A DNA stretch of 61,126 nt from a virus (Duplodnaviria; Caudoviricetes), in IMG/VR virus record IMGVR_UViG_3300008954_003412, positions 1 to 61,126 of that record; one strand, 5' to 3'. The position numbers and the translations under genes were made by a program. This document shows positions 48,275-58,375 of this stretch, piece after piece. Positions within the stretch are counted from its first letter, which is position 1. Every line of letters begins with the position of its first letter. The notes beneath the pieces are model-generated. The model had not been told where the DNA came from. It was given only the letters and a program-made list of their open reading frames with translations, and did not search any database.

Positions 48275-49822
48275 ATGTTTAGAAGACTTAAAGCAACAAA
48301 AGACACATACATTACTAATAAAATAGTAAGAGAATCATTTAGAGCAACTGATGCAAATACAGGTGAAGCAGCAACGCTTGACCTTTTCAAGCTTTATAAT
48401 GAAAATAAAATATCGGGTGAAGACGAGCCGGCCGAGCTTTCTAGAATTTTAGTAAAGTTTGATCTAAATCCTTTAAGAGCATTGACAGGAAGCACGCTTG
48501 ATATAACTGCTAATTCTTTTAGATGCGATCTTAAGCTTTATGATGTATATGGTGGGCAAACACTTCCTTCAAATTTCAAAGTGGCAATTTTCCCTTTATC
48601 AAAATCATTTGATGAGGGCGTAGGAAGAGATGTTTCTAAGTTTCAAGATATTGATGCAGCAAACTTTATTACGTCGTCAATCTCTTCGGGTGTAGCTAAC
48701 TTATGGGTTGTTTCGGGTGCAAATAAACAAGGAACATTAGGATCAGATGATATTGACATTATTTCGTCAGGAAATCTTTCTGACGGTAATGGTGAAATAG
48801 ACTTATTTAAAGTTCAAACTTTTTCAAAGGGAACAGAAGATCTATCAGTAAATGTAACAAATATAGTTTCTGCTACTTTGGCAAATCAAATACCTGATTA
48901 TGGATTCAGAATTTCTTTTTCAGGAACACAAGAGACAGATAATATTACGAGATTTGTTAAGAGATTCGGATCTAGACATAGCAACAATACAAGAAAACGC
49001 CCGAGACTTGAAGTAAGATATAATGACGCTATTCAAGATCATCATGAGGCATTCTATTTTAATATGTCAGGATCTGTCTTTCTTAATAACTTTCAAAGAG
49101 GTCAGCTTTCAAATATCGTCTCAGGATCTACGTTAAGTCAAGTAACGGGCACAAATTGTCTTAGATATAAAATTGTTACAGGTGCTTTTGAAAAAGTAGT
49201 TTCTGCCTCGCAGCATTCATTTGGTTCATCATTATTCATGTCGGGTGTTTATTCAGCATCATTTGCATTGAATAGTTTTGGATCTTCGTCATTGGGCGGA
49301 AATGTTAACAGCACTCTAGAAGATCATTTAAGAGATAGCGGCTCAGTAACGTTTACAACATATTGGGAATCTCCTGATATGAATATTGGATTTCATACCG
49401 GTAGTTTGACTATGAAATCTCCGACTATGTCTTCATATGATACTGGTGCTAAGCGATTTGTAGTTAATGTCTCTAATATTAAAGGGTCTTATCGACTAGG
49501 GCAAAAGGTTAGGCTAAGATGTGTTGCATATGATGATAATGAAAAAGTAAAAGCAGTAAAAACACCGCTATATCGCACAAGTGAAATCTTAGTTAAAAGT
49601 TTTTATCAAATTAGAGATGCATTCTCAGACGATATCGTAATTCCTTATGATGAGACATATAGTGCAACACTTATGTCAACTGATTCGAAAGGAATGTATT
49701 TTGATATATTTACTGATGATCTTGAGGTGGGAAGAGTTTACGCTATAGATGTAAAAGTAAAAAGCAATAATACAACGCAAGTATTCAAAGATGCGGGCGG
49801 AACATTTAGGATTGAACCATAA
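48275..49822 (+). CDS. Putative baseplate/virion structural protein
   Basis: Follows gp6; KDTYI and SRILVKFD beta-sandwich-like motifs; RPRLEV. Confidence 0.65.
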   Translation: MFRRLKATKDTYITNKIVRESFRATDANTGEAATLDLFKLYNENKISGEDEPAELSRILVKFDLNPLRALTGSTLDITANSFRCDLKLYDVYGGQTLPSNFKVAIFPLSKSFDEGVGRDVSKFQDIDAANFITSSISSGVANLWVVSGANKQGTLGSDDIDIISSGNLSDGNGEIDLFKVQTFSKGTEDLSVNVTNIVSATLANQIPDYGFRISFSGTQETDNITRFVKRFGSRHSNNTRKRPRLEVRYNDAIQDHHEAFYFNMSGSVFLNNFQRGQLSNIVSGSTLSQVTGTNCLRYKIVTGAFEKVVSASQHSFGSSLFMSGVYSASFALNSFGSSSLGGNVNSTLEDHLRDSGSVTFTTYWESPDMNIGFHTGSLTMKSPTMSSYDTGAKRFVVNVSNIKGSYRLGQKVRLRCVAYDDNEKVKAVKTPLYRTSEILVKSFYQIRDAFSDDIVIPYDETYSATLMSTDSKGMYFDIFTDDLEVGRVYAIDVKVKSNNTTQVFKDAGGTFRIEP

Positions 49823-52800
49823 ATGTCTTCAAAAGACAATTTACAAAATTTAAGACCAGGAACTTTTAGGTCTTCGATATCTAGAAACCTAGATGGTAGT
49901 TCTCAAAATGTAACTTTTGTTAGTCGTGAAGACTTGAAAAAAGAAATTCCAAATTCTGATTATTTTGTCTATAATCAAGAAGGACAAGGGATACATTCTA
50001 CACAGCAGATCCCACTAGACTTCTCTAAGTTTGAAAACCACACCTTCTTCAATTCAGCAGAAGTTAATGTCAATGTTGCTTTTGATAACATTATCAATAA
50101 TTATCCGTTTGATGGATCTCGACATGATTTAGAAAAATATCTTAATGGTTTAACAGGTTTTGAAAAACATGTTTTAGATAAATTTCCTACAAACCTCGGT
50201 GCGCTCATTCTTTCAGGTGCCACCACCGGTTCATCAACTATCGGAAACTATATTGAAGTAAAAGATTTTGCAGGATCAAATTTTACAAATTTCTCTTCTA
50301 ATAAAACAGGTGAAGGACAATTATCACTTGATAAAAAAAGCTATTCTATAGAGGCAAATCTCTTTATCCCGCCACTAAAAAATAGTAATGAAATTATTTG
50401 TCAAAAAATATCTGGAAGTAATGGGTTTACACTAGCACTATCCCGATCAAATTCAACATCAAAAACAGACGTGCTCTTTTCAGTTAGATCAGGATCAGTT
50501 ATGCTGATCACATCTGCGTCATTAGATAAAAATAAATTTAATAATATTTGTGCTGTTTATGATAAGTCGAATGACAATGGAAGATTAAAGATTTTTGTAG
50601 GATCTAAGCTTGTAGGAACATCATCATCGACAGCCATCTTTGAAAATATTGACTTTAATAGATCGTCATTCTTTATCGGCTCAGGAACAAGACATAGCGG
50701 TATTCTTCATGACGATATGGATTTTTTGCCAATGGCAACGCTGTCAGGGTCGATTGATGAAGTAAGAGTTTTTAAAAATGCAAGATTAGAGCCGCAAATA
50801 AAAGCGAATATGAAAAGAAATATATTTGCTACAGATGATCTTGCGCTCTACTTTAAGTTCAATGAGCCATCTGCTAGCTTCGGTGATAACTCTATAGTCT
50901 TAGATAGTAGCGGCAAATCTTTACATTCAAGAATTTCTAATTACGCAGTAGCCTGTAGACAAACATCGAGCTTATCTTTGCCGCTTACATCTGAGGAAAG
51001 AAAGTATAATCCCGTTCTCTTTCCAAAATATCAAGAACTAGTAGATTTAAATGTAGATCTACTAACGTCAGCTAGCGCTTATGATACAAAGAACCCCAAC
51101 TTAATAACGCGTCTTATACCGCAGCATTATTTAAAAGATGGGCAAGATTTCTTTGCATTTAGCGACGTTGATGGTGATATCACCTTGCCATACTCAGGGT
51201 CATCTATTCCTGGGACAGGTGAACTGGGCTCAGCGCAAATTTTATCTTCCTTGCTATTTGTTTGGGCAAAACATTTTGACGAATTAAAAATATCAACTGA
51301 TCAATTTTCTCAATTGTTAAATCCAGACTATACGTCAAGCGAAGGAATGTCAGATGTTTTCATTAAGTTCTTAATGAATCATTATGGTTTTGACGAGCCG
51401 CCAATTTTGACAGATGCAAATCCAGATCAATACTTTCATGGAGAAAATGTTAAAAATTCTTATGTCAATATCGAAGAGAGCTTGCAAAGCATAAGAAACA
51501 AAATATTAAGAAGAATCTTGGTTAATATTCAAGATATTATAAAATCAAAAGGAACAGTCCAGGGCATAAAGTCCGCATTTAGGTCAATGGGATTTGATCC
51601 GGATATTTTATTTAGAATTAAAGAATACGGCGGTCCAAGAAAATTTTCATTATCTGAGCTTCGATCAAAAAGAGCTATAATACAACCCATGCTTGATTTC
51701 AGTGGCGGGTATGTAGGCAGAAATCAATCATCATTAGATGCAACAGGATTTTCAAGTATTTGTCCACACTTCCAGACATCATATTTTTCCGGGTCAAGAA
51801 AAGAAGTAGGTTATCCGGACCCGCAAGGGACGCTTATATTAAAAAATACGACTGCAGGCGGATATCACGGTGTTAGTAATAATGCATCTGACGGCCTGTT
51901 CACGTCAGGATCTTGGACATATGAGGGGACGTATAGATTCCCAATGTCAGGAAACTTTTTATTGACACAAAGCGCTGCAAGGCTACATGTAACCGGAAAT
52001 TCAGCACCTGCTTCGGGCCAAGGTGTCCTAGCAAACTTACTTGTTATGTCAGGAACTACCGAAGAAGGAAAAGAATCAAAATCAAGTGTTAAGCTATTTG
52101 TTAGGGCAGCAACAACTGCATATACGCGTGCAGAATGGAAACCGTTTGAGTTAGTTTTGACAGGTGTCAATGTTATGGATGGCGATAAATGGAGCTTGTC
52201 ATTTGGTAGAACAAGAAATGACCAGGCGAAAAGCTTAATGTCATCATCATACTTTTTGAGATGTGCAAAGCAGTCAGAGGGTGTAATAACAAATATACAT
52301 ACAACTTCATCATTCTATAAAGAAGATCCTGCAGGATCACCATCCAATATTGCATTTCAAAAAATGTCAACTACTCTAAATGCTTCTGGTGCTTTTGTTG
52401 TAATCGGATCGCAATCTTTAAATAGAGACGCAAATTACTTCTTAAATAACACAGATATGACAGATCAGATGCAAGTAACAGATTTTGGTGGTCAAGTTGC
52501 TCAAATAAGATTCTGGTCTAAATCTTTGTTAGAAAATGAATGGAAAGAACACGTTAGAAATCCAACGTCAGTTGGAACAGAAAATCCCGCCACAAATTTC
52601 AACTTCAATGAAATATCGTCAGGGTCATTTGAAAGACTAAGAGCAGACATTTCTATTGATCAGCCAATATCGTCATCTAATTCTTCGGGAAAGATTATAC
52701 TGACAGACTTTACTCAAAATAAATTATTTGGAACAGGTTCGGCATTCGAATTATCTAAGGTTTTATTTGACTATGAAAAAGTTATATTTAGCAGTGTATC

Positions 52801-53359
52801 TCCAAGCTTCGACTCAGGTGAATCATCTGTCAAAATAAGGCCAAGAAGTTTTGTAAGCGCTTCAAATATTGAAGAATTTAACTCATCCCCTGCCCCGCTT
52901 TATGAAATTTTGCCAAATGATGAACCAACTGATGACCCAAGATTCTCTATTGATTTCTCTGTTGCAAATGCATTAAATGAAGATATTGTAACGATCTTTA
53001 GTACACTTGATGAAATTGACTCTGTAATAGGTGAAGCCAACTTACAATTTGCATTAGATTATCCGGGATTACAAAACTTAAGAAATATATATTTTCAAAA
53101 GCTTGACAAAAAAGTCAATTTCAAAAACTTCCTTGAGTTCTTTAGGTGGTTTGACAAGTCAGTTGGAACATTTGTTGAACAACTTGTTCCAAAGAAAACC
53201 AACTTTCTTGGTGTTAATTTTGTTATAGAGCCGCATAGCTTAGAAAGAGCAAAAGTTCAATACCAGTTTGACGGTCAATATATCGGTGAAGAATTTAGAT
53301 CAGACTTAAAAGGCATAATTCTTTTGCAGCAAATTGCTGGTGGATTGAGGAAGTTCTAA
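49823..53359 (+). CDS. Large baseplate protein (gp7-like) with LamG/ConA-like domains
   Basis: SGSIDEVRVF, LYFKFNE, VAQIRFWS; IKSKGTVQGI..FRIKEYGG; GVNFVIEPHSLER. Confidence 0.7.
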   Translation: MSSKDNLQNLRPGTFRSSISRNLDGSSQNVTFVSREDLKKEIPNSDYFVYNQEGQGIHSTQQIPLDFSKFENHTFFNSAEVNVNVAFDNIINNYPFDGSRHDLEKYLNGLTGFEKHVLDKFPTNLGALILSGATTGSSTIGNYIEVKDFAGSNFTNFSSNKTGEGQLSLDKKSYSIEANLFIPPLKNSNEIICQKISGSNGFTLALSRSNSTSKTDVLFSVRSGSVMLITSASLDKNKFNNICAVYDKSNDNGRLKIFVGSKLVGTSSSTAIFENIDFNRSSFFIGSGTRHSGILHDDMDFLPMATLSGSIDEVRVFKNARLEPQIKANMKRNIFATDDLALYFKFNEPSASFGDNSIVLDSSGKSLHSRISNYAVACRQTSSLSLPLTSEERKYNPVLFPKYQELVDLNVDLLTSASAYDTKNPNLITRLIPQHYLKDGQDFFAFSDVDGDITLPYSGSSIPGTGELGSAQILSSLLFVWAKHFDELKISTDQFSQLLNPDYTSSEGMSDVFIKFLMNHYGFDEPPILTDANPDQYFHGENVKNSYVNIEESLQSIRNKILRRILVNIQDIIKSKGTVQGIKSAFRSMGFDPDILFRIKEYGGPRKFSLSELRSKRAIIQPMLDFSGGYVGRNQSSLDATGFSSICPHFQTSYFSGSRKEVGYPDPQGTLILKNTTAGGYHGVSNNASDGLFTSGSWTYEGTYRFPMSGNFLLTQSAARLHVTGNSAPASGQGVLANLLVMSGTTEEGKESKSSVKLFVRAATTAYTRAEWKPFELVLTGVNVMDGDKWSLSFGRTRNDQAKSLMSSSYFLRCAKQSEGVITNIHTTSSFYKEDPAGSPSNIAFQKMSTTLNASGAFVVIGSQSLNRDANYFLNNTDMTDQMQVTDFGGQVAQIRFWSKSLLENEWKEHVRNPTSVGTENPATNFNFNEISSGSFERLRADISIDQPISSSNSSGKIILTDFTQNKLFGTGSAFELSKVLFDYEKVIFSSVSPSFDSGESSVKIRPRSFVSASNIEEFNSSPAPLYEILPNDEPTDDPRFSIDFSVANALNEDIVTIFSTLDEIDSVIGEANLQFALDYPGLQNLRNIYFQKLDKKVNFKNFLEFFRWFDKSVGTFVEQLVPKKTNFLGVNFVIEPHSLERAKVQYQFDGQYIGEEFRSDLKGIILLQQIAGGLRKF

Positions 53360-54399
53360 TGCTAAAAGATCAATTAAAAAATCCATTTGTGGATAGAGTA
53401 GATGCTCAAAGTGGTTCAATCTTTACATTTGAAAAAAGATTTGCAGCAAAAAACGATAAATATAATCCTCATTCTTCAAACTATATTTTTTCACAAGGCT
53501 CTGGTAGCTTTACTGCACAAATTGATCCGTTCCGCCAAGGTGTTTCTGTTATAAATGAAAAGCTGAAGATTCGAGCTTTGCTCCCTACGTTTGACACAGA
53601 AGATCTACCAGCCAGCGGCTCAAGGGATAAGTTGTCAATAACGTCAGGCATTGAAGAAAAACTAATTATAGGACAAACAAAATTTCACAGATCTGAAGGC
53701 CCGTTTAATGATAAGGTAAATTTAGAAAAAATAGGAGAAACTGAGGGTCTATTAGCATTTGCAAAGGGAAATATTCCAACATCTTCATTTGTCACACTAG
53801 ATTATCCAATAATCCAGGCAGGAAAAAAATATCATATAGGAAATCTTTTAAACGGTGTTATTGATACTTTTGATAGAACATATGATGCTGCCACTGTTAA
53901 GATTTATTCAAGATCTTTGAGTCCAATTGAAGATGATCCATATTCCGGAATTAAAGCTGATATTATGGAAGGTAACTCATCATATAAGCGAGGATCAGAT
54001 AATATTTTACCGCTTATTCCTTTAGGCGGACCAGTTGAATCTTCATCTCCTTTTGTTGATAGAGGAACTCGAATGTCACAACCGGGAATTATTGCAACTG
54101 TATCCGGGTCAATTCGAATTCCAGATAGCAGGCATTCAAAAGGGAAACAATTAAAATTTAATGATCAATTTAAGCCACAAGCTTTTGATGATTCAAAGTT
54201 TGCAAGTAGAATATTTACAAATAACGATTTAAAGAATCTATCTGATGATTTCTTTTATACTGTAGTAGAAAATATATCAGGTTCGTCAGCAAAAATGATA
54301 CCAGAAGGATTTAAATCAGCGACTTCTGGGTTTATATTTAATAATAACGGTTTAAACATTGATTCAATTGCATATGGAGGCATGAAAAGAGATGCCTAA
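53359..54399 (+). CDS. Hypothetical virion structural protein
   Basis: Coupled within the structural operon; SGS-rich. Confidence 0.65.
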   Translation: MLKDQLKNPFVDRVDAQSGSIFTFEKRFAAKNDKYNPHSSNYIFSQGSGSFTAQIDPFRQGVSVINEKLKIRALLPTFDTEDLPASGSRDKLSITSGIEEKLIIGQTKFHRSEGPFNDKVNLEKIGETEGLLAFAKGNIPTSSFVTLDYPIIQAGKKYHIGNLLNGVIDTFDRTYDAATVKIYSRSLSPIEDDPYSGIKADIMEGNSSYKRGSDNILPLIPLGGPVESSSPFVDRGTRMSQPGIIATVSGSIRIPDSRHSKGKQLKFNDQFKPQAFDDSKFASRIFTNNDLKNLSDDFFYTVVENISGSSAKMIPEGFKSATSGFIFNNNGLNIDSIAYGGMKRDA

Positions 54400-57300
54400 G
54401 AAAAAAGCTACGTGGCTTCCCAAATATGATCTTAAGAAAAAGTTCACAACATTAAGTGGTTCAACATATTTTTCATCTGGAAACCCAGAAGATCATTTAA
54501 TTTTATGGGCACGTCCAGCAACACAAGATCCAGTTCCTTTGACAGCAATAGACTCTGCATTAGGAACTCATGTTGTTTCATTTGAAGGATCCCCTTCATC
54601 TACAGATGAAAATCAGGTTACAAAAACGAGTCCGTTTGAAGGTTTATCTCTTTCAAATGTTAAATCTCCTGTAAGATTTCCTCAAAGCTCAACAGCATTT
54701 GTTCAAGTAGCAGATGCTGACGATCTATCATTTGGAGATGGAACAGAAGGCGGCGATACTAGTTTTAGTATGGCTGCTTGGATGCTATTTACCAGCGCGT
54801 CAGCATCATCTTATATTTTATCAAAATCAGCAGAATACGAGTTTAAATATAAAGATGGAGCGCTCTCAGGATCTGTTACAGATGTGTCAGCCGGCGCACA
54901 GCTTAGTTTTAGAGCACCCCTGTCAGGTGCTGTCAACTCTAATAAGTGGCATCATCTTGCATTTACCTATAATGCAGCAGTATCTAAAACATCCCGAGGA
55001 AAACTCTATCTAGACGGCCTTTTTGTGTCAGGCACTTGTACGCTGACGGGCACATATCTCGGAATGGAACCAAGCGCAAACGCACTCAATATAGCAGAAA
55101 ATAAAAACAATCAACCTATCGAGTTTTTTGACACGGCGATTTGGTCAGGTAAGGTTCTTACTTCTGAAGATATCAATGCTCTTTACAATTTTAGGTCCGG
55201 CCTAAATAGAACAGCAACAAAAGAAAGAGTTTATGTTACATCAACAGGAATAACTTCACTGCCGCCACGTCCGTATTTGTCAATGATTGATAATTCGACA
55301 GGATCATATCCGACGATCCCCAGAAATGGTGATTTAAGAATAGGGCGAGGAAGAGGGCTTCATAAGTCATCTTCAGTAGCTCTTGCCGCAGTAAGCGCAT
55401 TTAATGATACCAACGTTCTTGATTTTCAACAAATAGGAAAAGGAACATCTCCGCTCGTAGGTAATATTACGCTTGGAACTCAACTTCCAAGTAATAGCCA
55501 ATATTCAGGAACTTTAGTTAGCTCTGTCAATACTGTACCCGATTTAACTCTTGAACAAGGCGCCTCGGCAAATACTAATGTTGTTCCCGGAATTTCTGAT
55601 GCACGTGTTACATTTACACCGGGCGACAATTATTTTCCATACAAAGAAGATAAACAGTTTGCTCTAGGTCGTATTGGAAATGTAACACCATTGAAAGACG
55701 GAGGCTATTCGTATTCTGGGGTTTCTGCACCTGATCCGTTTTATTCTACGGGTACTCTACCCAATATTGTCCCGGGAATGTCTAATCCGCTTTGGGATAA
55801 GTCCAAGATAGAAATAGACGTAAACCCGAGACAAGAATCAGAAATATTCTGGTCAACAGGCTCGGCAGATTCTCCTGTAGGTTCTGGTGTTTCATATTAT
55901 AACTTTGATCTTAAAAAATGGGAAATGATTAGATGCGCTGTAACAGGAAGTGACGTCGATTATATACACCCAAGCAGAGTTTTCTTCACATCGTCAGCGC
56001 TCATGATGTCTCCGCCAATTAATGATACAGGATACGGGGAATCAAAATATCAAGAAGGAAGCATAGTAGGCGCCGCAGGCTTTCCGTCTTCACATCAATT
56101 TAATGCAACTAGCTCACAATTACTTAGTATGAAAAATTTCATAACTTATCCATTCGTTGTTGAAAAAATAGTTTATGAATTTAGTGCATCTTTTCCAGGC
56201 CCAACATCCTTCGGCACAAATGCTGTTAATATGAATCCAGTTGCAAATTTTGGAATCATGAATCAATTTAAAAATTCTAAAAATTTAAATTCTCGTGCTG
56301 TAACAAAAACCTCAATAGGCACTAATGGCGTTGATGGCACGACTGATAATACGATAGATGCAATTAGAAAAATAACAAAATCTAGAGACTTGATTTCATA
56401 TGGGTATTCAAGAATAGTAAATGGATCTAGCACGCCCTTGTGGCAGGCTTATAAAAATAGATACGCCAAAAAACCGATATCTGCATACCCAAGTGACAAA
56501 GCAAGAGACGGCGTTGATCTTCTTATAAATGGATATGATTTTGGTTCCCAGTGGTATAACGAAGGAGTTACAGGTTCCTTTATTTTGAGTATGTCTGCAA
56601 ATGTTCCGACTTTTAGTGAAACGCTTGCTAAGCATAGCACACTTTCAAAAGGAGGAAGATTAAATCCAGATGGAGATAGCTCCATCCGAATTTTGGATTA
56701 TCGCGGCGCCGGAAGATCAGGTCTAGCTTTTGCGACAGAAGGAAACCTTTTTAGTTCGGGTCGATCAATTTCAAGATCTGTTATTGGGTCGGAACTATCC
56801 AGATCAGTAGATAACGCTGGATCGCAAGGATATCAGTCTAAGCTTTATAAATATTTAAGAAAAGACGCGCCCTATATTTTAATGCCAGAAGATGAACTTT
56901 GTTTTTATTGGGGTTTCCAAAACTGGCCCGATTCAGAAGGCGATTATCCTGATATTACTGAACAAACTATTTCAAAATCTAAGCTTGTTTTACCCCCCGG
57001 AACAGGAAGAATTGTCTTATACGGCTCAACACTTCGAGAAGGTCAAGAAATTGACATGGGTTTAAATCAGAATCTTACGTCTCTTAATGTTCATGAAGAT
57101 ATTCAAAGCTCTGATCCGAAGTCTACCCCTTATTGTATTGATCAATATGATGTTGAATACTATACTATGTTTAGCGGTTCATATATTGATAATGCATTTC
57201 AAGAATTTAATGCTAGAAATCCGTCAATTGGCTCTGCAAGGCTTGGATCGGGATCAAAAAGAAACAGTGTTGTTGGCGGCCTTGCAGGAACCACAGGCTC

Positions 57301-58351
57301 AATTTTAAGAGGTGTTAGATTTCCTGATCCAAATGAGCGATATTTAGATTCACTATTTCCAGATCCGTCGGTTATTGCAAAAGCTAATGGCATTTCATTT
57401 TTGCAATCAAATTCTAATGAAATTGTAGACAATTCATCTGCTATCTTGAATACATTTGGATTTTACCCACTAGGCAATATTGATTCTTCTGTTGTGTCTT
57501 CACCAGATAAAGTCTGGCCAAGATCTTACCCTTTTGATTCAAGGTATGGGGGCAACAATGTTGAGAGAGTTGCTTCTTTAAATGCGCAAAGTATCAAAAC
57601 AGATTTTACTTCAACTGCTGTTGAAAAATTTGAAACTAAAAAGCTTAGCACAGTATTTGGAAGAAAGTATGGAGATCTTGGAGGATCAATAGAAGATGCT
57701 ACTAGAATCTATGCAAATATCAACTATGTAGGAACTACAAAAGCAGTTGCATTATCAGGAAGCAATCAGGCTAAATCATTCCTTAAAGGATTTTATGGTA
57801 TTGGTGATAGCGCTGACTCTAATCTTCCCAAGGTTGTTAAAAATGTAAGAACAACATATCGTGCACAAACTTTCGTAGGTGAAGATGTAGAAATACGCGG
57901 ATTTAAATACGGCCTTATTAGTTCCCTCCCGACGTATACAAGCTGCATATTTAGAAGAGATAGATTCGGTCAGGTAAGAGACATGCTTGAGCAAAGACCG
58001 ATAACAGCAATAGAGAAATATTCATTCTTAGGTCAAGATGGTGAAGATCTTAATGTGGGCGGTCAGGGAAGTGCATGTGTTAAAGTTAAGTTTAAAAAGT
58101 TTGTCGCAATCTCTAATAAAGAAGTTCAATTACAAGGATTCGACAAGACTGATTTAACTCAAATTGAAAACAATAAAGTCGGTCCCCGCGGGCTGTGGAA
58201 TTCAACTGCAAATATTGATTCATTTAGCAGAACATCCCGCCCGTTTTATGATTCTGTGCCTCTAAATTTGTCAGGCTCAGTTTCACCTGATAACACAGAT
58301 GCATCTTTATTATTTGACCTTGGCGGATTTACTGGAAGCCCGGGCTTGTAG
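54392..58351 (+). CDS. Large virion protein with N-terminal LamG-like domain
   Basis: FSMAAW; NKWHHLAFTY; KLYLDG; LTSEDINALY. Confidence 0.72.
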   Translation: MPKKKATWLPKYDLKKKFTTLSGSTYFSSGNPEDHLILWARPATQDPVPLTAIDSALGTHVVSFEGSPSSTDENQVTKTSPFEGLSLSNVKSPVRFPQSSTAFVQVADADDLSFGDGTEGGDTSFSMAAWMLFTSASASSYILSKSAEYEFKYKDGALSGSVTDVSAGAQLSFRAPLSGAVNSNKWHHLAFTYNAAVSKTSRGKLYLDGLFVSGTCTLTGTYLGMEPSANALNIAENKNNQPIEFFDTAIWSGKVLTSEDINALYNFRSGLNRTATKERVYVTSTGITSLPPRPYLSMIDNSTGSYPTIPRNGDLRIGRGRGLHKSSSVALAAVSAFNDTNVLDFQQIGKGTSPLVGNITLGTQLPSNSQYSGTLVSSVNTVPDLTLEQGASANTNVVPGISDARVTFTPGDNYFPYKEDKQFALGRIGNVTPLKDGGYSYSGVSAPDPFYSTGTLPNIVPGMSNPLWDKSKIEIDVNPRQESEIFWSTGSADSPVGSGVSYYNFDLKKWEMIRCAVTGSDVDYIHPSRVFFTSSALMMSPPINDTGYGESKYQEGSIVGAAGFPSSHQFNATSSQLLSMKNFITYPFVVEKIVYEFSASFPGPTSFGTNAVNMNPVANFGIMNQFKNSKNLNSRAVTKTSIGTNGVDGTTDNTIDAIRKITKSRDLISYGYSRIVNGSSTPLWQAYKNRYAKKPISAYPSDKARDGVDLLINGYDFGSQWYNEGVTGSFILSMSANVPTFSETLAKHSTLSKGGRLNPDGDSSIRILDYRGAGRSGLAFATEGNLFSSGRSISRSVIGSELSRSVDNAGSQGYQSKLYKYLRKDAPYILMPEDELCFYWGFQNWPDSEGDYPDITEQTISKSKLVLPPGTGRIVLYGSTLREGQEIDMGLNQNLTSLNVHEDIQSSDPKSTPYCIDQYDVEYYTMFSGSYIDNAFQEFNARNPSIGSARLGSGSKRNSVVGGLAGTTGSILRGVRFPDPNERYLDSLFPDPSVIAKANGISFLQSNSNEIVDNSSAILNTFGFYPLGNIDSSVVSSPDKVWPRSYPFDSRYGGNNVERVASLNAQSIKTDFTSTAVEKFETKKLSTVFGRKYGDLGGSIEDATRIYANINYVGTTKAVALSGSNQAKSFLKGFYGIGDSADSNLPKVVKNVRTTYRAQTFVGEDVEIRGFKYGLISSLPTYTSCIFRRDRFGQVRDMLEQRPITAIEKYSFLGQDGEDLNVGGQGSACVKVKFKKFVAISNKEVQLQGFDKTDLTQIENNKVGPRGLWNSTANIDSFSRTSRPFYDSVPLNLSGSVSPDNTDASLLFDLGGFTGSPGL

Positions 58352-58375
58352 TGCCTACTTAATAAGGGAGCTACA
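58347..58375 (+). promoter_or_regulatory. RBS-sequestering hairpin with putative late promoter CTACTTA (58355-58361)
   Basis: TGTAG(58347-51)/CTACA(58371-75) and CCT/AGG pair across the AAGGGAG RBS. Confidence 0.45.
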
